From an uncultured Bacilli bacterium (GTDB lineage Bacteria; Bacillota_I; Bacilli_A; RF39; UBA660), in NCBI GenBank assembly GCA_934098505.1, contig CAKOOR010000006.1:19655-83654 (forward strand): a stretch of 64,000 nucleotides of DNA, given 5' to 3'. The stretch's first letter is position 1; each line of letters begins with the position of its first letter. The notes beneath the pieces were generated by a model that saw only the letters and a list, made by a program, of their open reading frames with translations, was not told where the DNA came from and searched no databases. Of the stretch, positions 31,576 through 41,903 are shown piece by piece. The translations under genes were made by a program, and so were the position numbers.

Positions 31576-32364
31576 CTAAATATCAAAAGTATATCCACCA
31601 TCAACAGCAATATTTTGTGCCGTTACATTTTTAGCTTCTTCACTAGCTAAGAATAACACCATTACTGCTATATCTTCAACTGTTTGCGGACGTTTTAATG
31701 GGATAGCATCGGTTGATTGTTTAAAAGTTTCTTCTCTTATATCATCATTTTTACTAGTAAAATCATCTAAAATACCTTCCCACATGTTTGTACGAACAAT
31801 TCCCGGTAAAACAGAATTAACATTAATATTGTATGGTGCTAACTCACGAGCCATACTACTCGTAATAGCCATAATACCCGCTTTTGTTGTTGCATAAACA
31901 TTGGAACCACTATTACAAATTCTTCCGGCGATACTAGACATATTTATGATTTTGCCAAAATTTTGTTTTTTTAAAATAGGAGTTAAAGCTTTACACATGT
32001 AAACAGTCCCTTTTAAATTAATATCAATTAAAGCATCAACGGTTTCAATCGGCATTTCATCAATTGGTACTAGTTTACAAATACCAGCTGAATTAACTAC
32101 AACATCAATACGTCCCAACTTTTCTACAACAAAAGCCACTAATTTTTCAATCATCTTATAATCAGTAACATCAACCTTGCAAGCCACAGCTCGACCACCA
32201 GTTGCACTTATCTCTTCTTTAACTTTTTTGATTCTATCTTCCTTATTATCACATAACACTACCATAGCGCCACATTTACTAAACTCTTTAGCGCACTCTT
32301 CCCCAATACCGCTACCGGCTCCCGTAATAAGCACTACTTTTTCTTTAAAATCAAAATTTAACAT
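31576..32364 (-). CDS. SDR family oxidoreductase (FabG-like)
   Basis: 262 aa. TGAGSGIG cofactor motif, NSAG, and the YATTKAG catalytic YxxxK. Confidence 0.85.
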   Translation of the reverse strand: MLNFDFKEKVVLITGAGSGIGEECAKEFSKCGAMVVLCDNKEDRIKKVKEEISATGGRAVACKVDVTDYKMIEKLVAFVVEKLGRIDVVVNSAGICKLVPIDEMPIETVDALIDINLKGTVYMCKALTPILKKQNFGKIINMSSIAGRICNSGSNVYATTKAGIMAITSSMARELAPYNINVNSVLPGIVRTNMWEGILDDFTSKNDDIREETFKQSTDAIPLKRPQTVEDIAVMVLFLASEEAKNVTAQNIAVDGGYTFDI

Positions 32365-32508
32365 ATCTATTCTCCTTTTATTCTACATTTATATAATAAC
32401 ACAAAAAGACTAATTTCATTTATTAAACTTCTAAATTTATTTACTTTAAATCAAATTTTAATATATAATGAACTCAAAAAAAGCAATAAATTAAAAAAGA
32501 GGAAAAAT

Positions 32509-32691
32509 ATGCAAATTATATACCAAGGTAGTTATTCTCAAGTTAAAAATCTCAGTATAATTCAGGGAAAATATACAAAAGATTTTGGAGAAGGATTTTA
32601 CTGTACAATCTTAAGAGAACAAGCAGAAAAGTGGGCAAGAAAATATGAAACATCTTTTATCAACATATACGAATATCATGAGAATTCTTAA
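32509..32691 (+). pseudogene. truncated DUF3990-like gene remnant
   Basis: 60 aa. It matches only the N-terminal part of DUF3990 (YQGS...DFGEGFYCT...QAEKWA), whereas family members are usually about 150 aa or more. Downstream sequence does not continue the family. Confidence 0.4.
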
Positions 32692-32932
32692 AATTGATAA
32701 TTACAATAGCAGTCTATACTATGAAAACCCTGATTACATTTACGAATGTTACAAAGAAAATAAAATATTATAAAGTTTTAAAAATGTACAAGAAAGCCCC
32801 AAACTTTCTTTTTTTATCCATTTAATAACAATCCAACTACTATAATTATAAAAAAATAGTAAATAAGTTTTTTTCTTAAGACACTCTTTATATTACCCAA
32901 AATTAATACAACATCTAAAAAACTATTAAATT

Positions 32933-34828
32933 TTAATTGCTATCCTGTATTTCCATTAATTCTAACCATTTATTATTAAGTTCTTCTAACTTCTTCTTAC
33001 TATCATTTATTCTAATATTTACTGTATTTAACTTATCATAATCACTATAAACTTCTTCTAAATATAATGATTCTTCATCTTTTTTAATCAATTCTTCTAA
33101 TTTTTTAATCTCTCGTTCTATTTTACTTATTTCTTTATTTAAATTATAAGTATTAACTTTCTTTTTATTTTCTTTAGAACCTTCCTTTAATTTTATATCA
33201 TTATCCTTACAATCAATATTTTTTTCTAATTTTATCTTATCTAAATATTCATTATAACTACAATTATATAACTTATAATCATCTTTAGTTAAAGCAAGTA
33301 TCGAAGTAGCGACCTTACTAACAAAATATCTATCATGAGAAACAAATAACACAGTTCCTGTATATTCATTTAAAATAGTTTCTAAATATTCCCTTCCTAC
33401 TATATCTAAATGGTTAGTTGGTTCATCTAAAATCAAAACATTAGGTCTTGTATATAAAATCTTACATAATTGTAATCTAACTCTTTCCCCACCAGATAAA
33501 ACATTTAATTTCTTTAAAACATCATCACCTTTAAATAAGAAAGAACCTAAACTACATCTAGCCTCATATTCCGATACTTTAGGAAACTGAGTCATAAATT
33601 CTTCTAAAACCGTATTATTTTCATCCAGCATCATAAGACTCTGATCAAAATAACCAATATTAACATTATTTCCTACTGTTATAGTCCCTTGCATTTTAGG
33701 AATTAGCCCCACTATCGTTTTTAAAATGGTTGATTTTCCAAGTCCATTCGGACCAATAATTCCAATTTTATCTCCACGTCTTACATATAAATTTAAGTTA
33801 TATAAAACTTTATCATAACCTACTTTTAGATTATCTAAAATAAATACTTCTCTACTAGGCATAACTATATTATCAATATTAGTTTTAAAGGTAATAGCCT
33901 CTATCTTATTAGGTCTTTCTAAGATATCCATTTTTTCTAGTTGATGAAGTCTGGACATCGCCAACCTCGCCTTAGAAGGTTTACATCTAAATCGTTCATA
34001 TATTCTGGTTAATCGGGCTATCTCTTTTTGTTGAAACTCATAATCTTTTAAGGCTTTTTCATAATTTAATTGTTTTTGAAACTCATAATAATCATAATTA
34101 CCACTATATTTAGTTAAAGTCCCATAACTTATATCATAAATAGTATCCACGATATTATTAATAAACATTCTATCATGCGATACTACTATTATGGCTTTTT
34201 TATAGTTTTTTAAATATTCTTCTAACCACTCCACAGTATCTATATCTAAATGATTAGTAGGTTCATCTAAAAGTAAGATATCTGGTTTATTAAGTAACAT
34301 CTTTATAAAAGCAATCTTAGTCTTTTGACCACCCGAAAATTCACTTAAATACTTACTCTTATCTTCCTCTTTAAAGCCAAACTTTTTAATTAATACTTCA
34401 TACTCTTTTTTATAAGTATAACCACCGTTATTTTTAAATTTTTCTTCTAATGCTGTATATTCTTCCACTAACTTTATATCATTATGAGTATTCATTTCAT
34501 TAACTAAGTATTCTAGTCTATCTTCCATTTTGATAATATCTATAAAAGGCTTTCTTACTTCTTCTAACATCGTATTATTATCATTTAACTCAATTTGTTT
34601 TAAATAACCAATACTGGGATTACCTTGTTTAATTACTTGAAAAGAAGTATCATCTATACCACTTTCTAACATTGAATTATCAACAATACTTCGTAAAAGA
34701 GTTGTCTTACCAGCACCGTTTTTTCCAACTATGCCAATATGACTTTTTTCATTTATCTCTAAATTAATGCTTTCTAATATTGTATCGCCATTAATACTAA
34801 CAGCACCGTTTTTTATTACATATTTCAT
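32933..34828 (-). CDS. ABC-F family ATPase (two ABC domains plus C-terminal coiled coil)
   Basis: Two Walker A sites (GKNGAGKTT, GPNGLGKST), two signatures (FSGGQKTK, LSGGERVR), and no TM segments. The likely start is ATG at 34828. Confidence 0.85.
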   Translation of the reverse strand: MKYVIKNGAVSINGDTILESINLEINEKSHIGIVGKNGAGKTTLLRSIVDNSMLESGIDDTSFQVIKQGNPSIGYLKQIELNDNNTMLEEVRKPFIDIIKMEDRLEYLVNEMNTHNDIKLVEEYTALEEKFKNNGGYTYKKEYEVLIKKFGFKEEDKSKYLSEFSGGQKTKIAFIKMLLNKPDILLLDEPTNHLDIDTVEWLEEYLKNYKKAIIVVSHDRMFINNIVDTIYDISYGTLTKYSGNYDYYEFQKQLNYEKALKDYEFQQKEIARLTRIYERFRCKPSKARLAMSRLHQLEKMDILERPNKIEAITFKTNIDNIVMPSREVFILDNLKVGYDKVLYNLNLYVRRGDKIGIIGPNGLGKSTILKTIVGLIPKMQGTITVGNNVNIGYFDQSLMMLDENNTVLEEFMTQFPKVSEYEARCSLGSFLFKGDDVLKKLNVLSGGERVRLQLCKILYTRPNVLILDEPTNHLDIVGREYLETILNEYTGTVLFVSHDRYFVSKVATSILALTKDDYKLYNCSYNEYLDKIKLEKNIDCKDNDIKLKEGSKENKKKVNTYNLNKEISKIEREIKKLEELIKKDEESLYLEEVYSDYDKLNTVNIRINDSKKKLEELNNKWLELMEIQDSN

Positions 34829-34916
34829 TTCTAACACATCCAGTCATTACTAACGATTATAGCAAATTATTAAAATTTTTAATAGAATTATGCTAAAATA
34901 ACATTAGGTGATACTT

Positions 34917-35978
34917 ATGACTTCTATATTTACTGATGAAGATACGATAAAACTAATTAATTACATTATTAGTAAAATTAACTTTTATAGTAATTCTTAT
35001 CTTTTAATTAATAATTTAGATTTTTTATACTACCAAGCCGATAAATTTTTTAATATTTTTTTATACTATGACAAAACTTATCAAGACGCAAAGAAAAAAG
35101 GATTAACCAAAATTAGTAAGAACAACCATTATACCCAAATTTCTATTGAAGAAATGTATAACCTAACTCAAGAATTTTTAAATTTTTATCACATTAACCT
35201 TAACATTTCTAACTTAGTTAAAGATAAAAAAATAATTATTAACAATATTAAAGAAAAATTAGAAAATAAAGAAATAACTGATGAAGAGTATAACAATTTA
35301 CGTTTTAATGCTCGCTGTAACAAAGGATTAATTCACTTTAACTATTGCGGTGATATTATCGACTGTGTTGTATTTTTACATGAAATAACTCATCTTCGTA
35401 ATAAACCTTTAGATAACAAAACTCATAGAACAGAAATTAATGATTTTATAACCGAAAGTATAGCCTATGCTGAAGAATTTATTTTTTTAGACTTTTTAAA
35501 AACTAAAGGATATGAAGATGATTATAATAATTATTTATGTGATATTTTCTATAATTGTCTTGTTTTCTCTGATAGAGTCTATTATGTTAATAAAATATTA
35601 TATGTTTATAAAGAAAAAGGTAACATTTCTAAAGATAGTTATACTAGTATTTTTAAAAATCATAAAAATTATGAACCAGCAATTAAAGAACTTTATAAAC
35701 TAATAATAAGTAAAAATTCTTATATTGAACTTATGTGGACTTTTCTAGGATATATCAGTGGTTTATATCTATACATCATGTATTTAGAAGACCATAATTA
35801 TTTTCAAATTGTAGAAGAATTAAATGAGGCTATAACAAATGAAAAATGTACTTGGCAAGATATTTTTAGAATCCTTAAAGTTAATAAACCCGAAGAATTA
35901 TTTAAGATAATGTCTGAAAAAATAGATTATTTCGTAAAAAATGAAACCTTAAAATTAAAAATGCTATCGATTGCTTAA
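34917..35978 (+). CDS. hypothetical cytoplasmic HExxH protein (possible gluzincin-type peptidase)
   Basis: HEITH motif (VVFLHEITHLRNK), with ESIAYAEE about 24 residues downstream. The likely start is ATG at 34917 after AGGTGA. Confidence 0.45.
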   Translation: MTSIFTDEDTIKLINYIISKINFYSNSYLLINNLDFLYYQADKFFNIFLYYDKTYQDAKKKGLTKISKNNHYTQISIEEMYNLTQEFLNFYHINLNISNLVKDKKIIINNIKEKLENKEITDEEYNNLRFNARCNKGLIHFNYCGDIIDCVVFLHEITHLRNKPLDNKTHRTEINDFITESIAYAEEFIFLDFLKTKGYEDDYNNYLCDIFYNCLVFSDRVYYVNKILYVYKEKGNISKDSYTSIFKNHKNYEPAIKELYKLIISKNSYIELMWTFLGYISGLYLYIMYLEDHNYFQIVEELNEAITNEKCTWQDIFRILKVNKPEELFKIMSEKIDYFVKNETLKLKMLSIA

Positions 35979-36469
35979 GACAAATAAACCTAGATAACAT
36001 TGATACAATTATTATTGATTTACGTGGTAACTTCGGTGGTAATGCTAGCCTAAATAAATATTTAATAGATTTTTTTAAAGAAAATGCTGATAAAAAATTA
36101 TTTGCATTAACCGATTATCGTGTTTTCTCTGGTGGTCGTTACGCATTAAGAAACCTAATTAATTTAGGTGCTGTTACTATTGGTGATGAAATATCAACAC
36201 CAATTAATTGCTACGGTAACTGTTATTTAGAAAAAATCAATGAATATTGGACATTTACTATCTCTGAGCACTATTATCATCCTATGTTAAATATAAGTTT
36301 TAAATCTAAAGAAGAATATCAAAATGGTATAACTCCTGAAATTTCAAAAGATTATATCTTCCATCCTAATATTCTGGTTAAAGAAACTATTCAAGATTTT
36401 ATAAATAACAATGACCAAGTTTTACAAAAAGCCCTTGAATTAGCAGCAAAAAAGTCAAAACATATCTAA
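35945..36469 (+). pseudogene. C-terminal fragment of an S41 (tail-specific/C-terminal processing) peptidase-like gene
   Basis: The frame open from 35945 encodes IIIDLRGNFGGN and VFSGGRYAL, an S41-like DLRxNxGG block. There is no ATG/GTG/TTG before 36284 and no N-terminal domain. Confidence 0.55.
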
Positions 36470-36491
36470 GATTACTCCAAGATATGTTTTT

Positions 36492-38321
36492 TTATCTGAA
36501 TATCTCTTCTATCCATTTTAAATATAAAAATATTAAATTACTACTCTTACTTTCAAACAATAATTTTCGGGCTAAATCCACATCATCAGTAATAATATTA
36601 TCCACATTTAAATCTAACATTTTATTAATACTATCTTTATTATTAACTGTCCAAGCATATACTTCTTTTCCATTATTATGTAAATTCTTTACTAATTCTT
36701 TACTTATAGATGATGTTTCAATACTAAAATTATCTGCCTTATCCAACTTTAATATATCTCCATAAGCAAAACTCATTATATAACCAGTAGTAATTTTATT
36801 ATCTATTTCTTTTACTTCTTCTAATACATTATACTTAGATGATGTTAATACCACTCTATCTTCTAAATGATATTTCTTAATTAATTTAATAGTATTTTCT
36901 ACTAATAATCTATCTTCATAGTAAGGTTTAATTTCTACATTAAATTTAATATTATTAACAAGTCCCCAAATAAATACATCGCTTAATAATGGTACTTTAA
37001 CTTCTTTATTAGAATCATCTATATTGTTTAAATTGATTTCGTGTAATTGGTCATAAGTTAAATCATATATGTTTTTATCAACACCAGCCACTCTTTTTAA
37101 ATTAGCATCATGACTGACAACGACCTTTTTATCACTCGTTAATTGAATATCTAGCTCTATCCAATCTGCATTTTTATCCAGTGCAGAAGTAAAAGCTAAA
37201 AGGGTATTTTCAGGATAATTTAGACTATCACCACGATGAGCTGTAATTTCAGTATTTTTTATATATTCTATATTAAAATTATATTTGTTAGTAGCAACCC
37301 CATAAGTAAATACACTTCCAGCCGCAATAGCCATAATAGCAAGTGATACTTTAAAATGTTGCCATTTTTTAGTTGTTATAACAATCTTTTTTCGTTTATT
37401 AAAATTAATATGTTTTATATTTTCGCTATTTTTTTCTTTATGACGATAAAACATTATACTCATTACAGCATAACTTAAAGGCATTGATAAAACTGCAAAT
37501 ATTATTAATGATAATGCTAAAAAAATACCAATAATAGTTATAAATATACTACCTATAATCATTACTTTACTAAGTAATTTATAAAATAAATAAATTAAAG
37601 CTATTCCTATAAGTAGAAATATTATATATAAAGCATACACTATTCCTTGAATTGCTATTAATTTAACTAAATCCCTAAATCTACTATGCTTGCTTAAGTT
37701 TATACTTCTTTTTCTCGCTTCTTTAAAATCACAGTTTTCTAAAACATAATAAAAGACTGCATATAACCATCTAAGTAATAATATTGTAAGTAGTCCAAAT
37801 ACAATCCAAAATATTCCCATAAATAATAAATTATTATTAATATAATCCATTATAAATTCTGGTATTTTTATAGATGATACAAACCCAGATACTATTCCAA
37901 TGTTTAAAAAAGGTATCAAAAAAAGAATCATAAAAGCCAGTGCTATATTTTTAAATTTAAATACTTCAACTGATTTTCTTACAGATATAGTTAGAACTTC
38001 TTTTATATCTATTTTTTTCTTTTGACATGAAGCATCTAATATAATTATAATTGTACTTAAATCAAAAAAAGTATATGCCATCATAAAAAGTATCAACAAT
38101 ATAAGCATTAGGATTACTAAAGGATTAGTAACAAAGTTAAATAAATTCTCAATAGTTAAATATTCATATCCAGTAATTTTCATGATTATATTAAAAAGAT
38201 TTAAAAATAATGGTGCAAAAATAAGAAAACTGGTAACTTTAAAAACTGTTTGAAAGGTAACCAATTCTTGAAAATTGTAAAATAACATATTTTTTATTTT
38301 ATTTATCATAAACTTCCTCAT
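36492..38321 (-). CDS. membrane-bound glycerophosphodiester phosphodiesterase
   Basis: 609 aa. N-terminal multi-TM domain plus a C-terminal GDPD domain (ITAHRGDSLNYPENT, ELDIQLTSDKKVVVSHD). Confidence 0.8.
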   Translation of the reverse strand: MRKFMINKIKNMLFYNFQELVTFQTVFKVTSFLIFAPLFLNLFNIIMKITGYEYLTIENLFNFVTNPLVILMLILLILFMMAYTFFDLSTIIIILDASCQKKKIDIKEVLTISVRKSVEVFKFKNIALAFMILFLIPFLNIGIVSGFVSSIKIPEFIMDYINNNLLFMGIFWIVFGLLTILLLRWLYAVFYYVLENCDFKEARKRSINLSKHSRFRDLVKLIAIQGIVYALYIIFLLIGIALIYLFYKLLSKVMIIGSIFITIIGIFLALSLIIFAVLSMPLSYAVMSIMFYRHKEKNSENIKHINFNKRKKIVITTKKWQHFKVSLAIMAIAAGSVFTYGVATNKYNFNIEYIKNTEITAHRGDSLNYPENTLLAFTSALDKNADWIELDIQLTSDKKVVVSHDANLKRVAGVDKNIYDLTYDQLHEINLNNIDDSNKEVKVPLLSDVFIWGLVNNIKFNVEIKPYYEDRLLVENTIKLIKKYHLEDRVVLTSSKYNVLEEVKEIDNKITTGYIMSFAYGDILKLDKADNFSIETSSISKELVKNLHNNGKEVYAWTVNNKDSINKMLDLNVDNIITDDVDLARKLLFESKSSNLIFLYLKWIEEIFR

Positions 38322-38405
38322 AAGACTTTTTAAAGTATACCATCAAATAGAAAAAAATAACACCACTTAAGTGCTATTTCAATATTTTCTTATGATGAAT
38401 AAATT

Positions 38406-38912
38406 TTATCTAGATGGTTTAATAACCTGTTTTAATTGAAAATCAGGTTCAGATTCAGAAATATTTTTTGTTTCAAATACTAAAGAATCTTTAGTGCCAT
38501 CACTATAGTAAGTAGTAATACCATTTTCTCCCTTTGAATACTCATTAATATATACTTCTTCTATCCCATTTTCATAAATTTTATGAAATTCTTCTGTATA
38601 AGTAATTTGTCCATAAACAGAACCAACAATTAACTTTTCTTCTTCATTAGTATCTTCGCCGTATTCTTCACTATAATAATCCTCGGCTAAATGTGTTAAC
38701 TGATGTTCTGCTCCTCTTGGAATTTCATAATCTAACTCCGCGTTTTTATAATTTGGTAACATATCAAGCAATTTAGTTACAGGACATAATTCCTTAGTGT
38801 GGTCTGTTTTCTTACAGCCAATTGCAAGTCCTACTGGTGTACCAACAATAGCAGCCAAAGTAATACTAGCTGCAAATTTCTTAATACCTTCTTTATTAAT
38901 TTTAATATTCAT
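38406..38912 (-). CDS. hypothetical lipoprotein
   Basis: Lipobox GLAIGC. The likely start is ATG at 38912, preceded by AGGGGG. Confidence 0.5.
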   Translation of the reverse strand: MNIKINKEGIKKFAASITLAAIVGTPVGLAIGCKKTDHTKELCPVTKLLDMLPNYKNAELDYEIPRGAEHQLTHLAEDYYSEEYGEDTNEEEKLIVGSVYGQITYTEEFHKIYENGIEEVYINEYSKGENGITTYYSDGTKDSLVFETKNISESEPDFQLKQVIKPSR

Positions 38913-39023
38913 TCTTTTTTCCCCCTTTAGGTAATTGCTATTATACACTTTTATTTTGTAAAATCAAGCAAAAAATTAAGGCGCTATTTTATCCGATTTT
39001 AATCACAGTGAATACTTTGTTGC

Positions 39024-39467
39024 TTAAATAGTTTCAATATTTTCTAAATACCTAATGGCATTTATATATTTTATGGCTCTTTTTCTATCTTCATCAGTTA
39101 TTTCATCTAATCTGGTTAAATCGCTATTATGTTCTAAATCTTTTAGTTTCACTTTAGTAGCAAGTTTATTAGTTTTAATTCTTTTAATATATTCTACATA
39201 ATCATCATTTTCATTTTTAGTTAATATTTTTAAAGCTACCATTACTTCTTCACTAAAATATTGACTTAGATAATCAATAGTAATATCACTATCTTCAACT
39301 ACATCGTGTAATAAAGCAACTATACAAGAAGCCTCAGTATCCATTTGTTCTGCTATATGAATTGGATGAAATATGTAAGGAACACCGGCCTTGTCTTCTT
39401 GCCCTTCATGAGCCCTATAAGCTATTTTACTTGCTAACCTAGTTAACTTTGTATTAATCATAAACAA
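39024..39467 (-). CDS. HD-domain (p)ppGpp hydrolase-like protein (SpoT/Mesh1-type small alarmone hydrolase)
   Basis: 147 aa. AHEGQEDKAGVPYIFHP and ALLHDVVEDS motifs. Confidence 0.7.
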   Translation of the reverse strand: MFMINTKLTRLASKIAYRAHEGQEDKAGVPYIFHPIHIAEQMDTEASCIVALLHDVVEDSDITIDYLSQYFSEEVMVALKILTKNENDDYVEYIKRIKTNKLATKVKLKDLEHNSDLTRLDEITDEDRKRAIKYINAIRYLENIETI

Positions 39468-39519
39468 TATCTCCTAAACTTCTACTTAAATTTTATCAAA
39501 AATAAAAAGTAAGTAAATA

Positions 39520-41832
39520 CTATTTTAAGTACTTACCTACTATTTGTATTACTCTATTAAATTCTTTTTCTAATTCTTTAAAATTATTAGTTACATATTC
39601 AGTATCATTTTCTTTACTTTTTAACTCATGATTCAAGGATACTTCTGCTAACTTTTCCATGCCAAAATATCTAGCATCACTCTTTAGAGAATGAACTTCT
39701 ACACTATAATTTGGCATATCTTTATTATCTAATAATTCTTTTATTTTCTTAAATTTATTTAAAGAATCTTTATACCAATCACTTAACATCTCTTTATAAG
39801 TTGTTATATCTCCAAATAACTCTACCCCTTTATTATAGTCAATTCCGTTATCTAGCAAATACCTTTCATCATATGTTTTATCATCATCACCAACATTATT
39901 TTTATTGTTTTTCTTTGTATTTTTATCCAATTTTCTATTCACTTTTTTGGCTTTAGAATTATCTTTTTTATTATTTTCTAATTCTTCAAATACTTTATCT
40001 AATTTAAGTTTTATTTGATCTTTACTAAATGGCTTAGATATATAACTAGTAAATCCTTCTTCTTTATATTTTTCTTCTGCTCCCACAATGGCATCTGCCG
40101 TTAAGGCTATAACTGGAGTATTAAAACCCTCTATATCTTTTAAATTTTTAAGAGCAGTTTCTCCACTCATCACCGGCATCATTATATCCATTAAAATAAT
40201 ATCATAAGTATTACCATCTTTAATTTTATTAACACATACTAACCCATTTTCGGCATCATCAATTTCTTTAAAATGTAAAGGTTCTAAGGCTCTTCTGGCT
40301 ACTTTAATATTTAATTTGTTATCATCAACTACCAAAATTTTCTTTTTACTATAGTCAATATTATTTTTACTTAAATCTAATATCAATTCGGCTGTATTAT
40401 TTAATTCTTCTTTAGTTAAAGGTTTACTCATCATACCTATTCTTTGAGGAACATTTACCATAAACATCGAACCTTTACCAAAAGTTGATTCTACATTGAT
40501 TTTGCCACCCATTAATTCAACTAGTTTTTTCGTGATAGCAAGACCAAGACCAGTACCTTCAACCGTGGTATTTCTTTCAGCATCTAATCTATCAAACTTA
40601 TTAAATAATCTACTAATATTTTCTGCTTTTATACCTTTTCCGGTATCTTTACAAGTAATATATAAATTACAAATATCATCTTTATTTATACATTTTACAC
40701 TTAGTTCAATCTTACCTTTATCAGTATATTTAATAGCATTCGATAACAAATTATTAACTATTTCTTTAATATGACCTTTATCCCCAATTAATTCATAAGG
40801 AATATCTTTTGCGATATCAACAGTTAATTCTATTGGTTTTTCTCCTATTCTTACTGAGTCTATTCTTGCTAAGGTTTCTATCTCTTCTTTAAAGTTATAA
40901 GGCACCTCAATAATTTCCATTTTATCTGATTCAATCTTATTAATATCCATGATATTACCAACTATTTCAAGCAAAGTGTTAGAAGCATTAACGATATCTC
41001 CTAAATCTTCTTGCATATCTTTTGGACAATTACCTCGTTCTTTAATATCATTAGAAAGACCTACTATCGCATTTAAAGGTGTTCTAATCTCATGTGACAT
41101 ACTAGATAGAAAATCCGACTTAGCCCTGTTTGCTTTTTCGGCCTCATTTTTAGCCAGTTCTAACTGATTAACCATTTTTAAATCAGGATTTTCGATGGTA
41201 AAATACATTATTACACAAATAAAAGTTTCTACATATGTCATCATTAAAATTTCTGGGTGTGATGATTGAATAAGTATAGCAATTGAGCCAATTATCAAAA
41301 ACAAATATACAGGGATTAATTTTTTAGTTTTTAATTTTCTATAATTTAATATTAAACATACTAAAACCACTATTATAGCTACAAAAGAAATTATATAAGA
41401 AAAACTAACACAAGGACCACAAGTATATCTAGTCCTAAAATCATCTTTAATAACTGATTGAATTGGCAAAACTGTCAAAAAAATTGCTACCAATAGATAA
41501 TATAAAGCAAATAATTTAATTCTTCCTTTTCTTACTTCTAGCCCTCTAGGTCTGGTTACACTAAAAACATAATAAGCAAATGTTGATATCCATACGATTA
41601 TATACATTAAATAAGATTTATAAATAAAATTACTTATGTGAGGATGTTTAAAATATATTATCGAAGCCACTGTACACATTATTTCTATAAGTAACCCTAA
41701 AAAATTAGATACAATAAGTACTCCAAATATTTTTGTTTCCTTTGTATTAATGTGTTCTTTAGCAAAATATAATATTAGCATTAAAAAGCTAAACGGTAAT
41801 GCCAACATTGGGAAATAAACACCACTTTGCAT
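39520..41832 (-). CDS. hybrid sensor histidine kinase with receiver and HPt domains
   Basis: 770 aa. About 6 N-terminal TMs, H-box SHEIRTPLN, an HATPase domain ([18 protein letters not shown]), REC ([10 protein letters not shown]...[10 protein letters not shown]), and HPt ([12 protein letters not shown]). Confidence 0.9.
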   Translation of the reverse strand: MQSGVYFPMLALPFSFLMLILYFAKEHINTKETKIFGVLIVSNFLGLLIEIMCTVASIIYFKHPHISNFIYKSYLMYIIVWISTFAYYVFSVTRPRGLEVRKGRIKLFALYYLLVAIFLTVLPIQSVIKDDFRTRYTCGPCVSFSYIISFVAIIVVLVCLILNYRKLKTKKLIPVYLFLIIGSIAILIQSSHPEILMMTYVETFICVIMYFTIENPDLKMVNQLELAKNEAEKANRAKSDFLSSMSHEIRTPLNAIVGLSNDIKERGNCPKDMQEDLGDIVNASNTLLEIVGNIMDINKIESDKMEIIEVPYNFKEEIETLARIDSVRIGEKPIELTVDIAKDIPYELIGDKGHIKEIVNNLLSNAIKYTDKGKIELSVKCINKDDICNLYITCKDTGKGIKAENISRLFNKFDRLDAERNTTVEGTGLGLAITKKLVELMGGKINVESTFGKGSMFMVNVPQRIGMMSKPLTKEELNNTAELILDLSKNNIDYSKKKILVVDDNKLNIKVARRALEPLHFKEIDDAENGLVCVNKIKDGNTYDIILMDIMMPVMSGETALKNLKDIEGFNTPVIALTADAIVGAEEKYKEEGFTSYISKPFSKDQIKLKLDKVFEELENNKKDNSKAKKVNRKLDKNTKKNNKNNVGDDDKTYDERYLLDNGIDYNKGVELFGDITTYKEMLSDWYKDSLNKFKKIKELLDNKDMPNYSVEVHSLKSDARYFGMEKLAEVSLNHELKSKENDTEYVTNNFKELEKEFNRVIQIVGKYLK

Positions 41833-41903
41833 ATTATCAACTCCTATCTTACAAGATTAATTATATCAAATAAGTCTATGAATATAAATAAAGAACCTGC
41901 ATT

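Noticed and set aside
32692-32770. 31-codon ORF (MRILKIDNYNSSLYYENPDYIYECYKENKIL) after the DUF3990 remnant as a continuation of that gene
   Set aside because: It does not resemble the remainder of DUF3990 proteins and has no RBS. It is probably chance or decayed sequence.
35945-35978. Programmed -1 frameshift fusing the HExxH ORF to the S41 fragment
   Set aside because: The overlap (ACC TTA AAA TTA AAA ATG CTA) has no X XXY YYZ slippery heptamer and no obvious downstream structure. A deletion remnant is the simpler reading.
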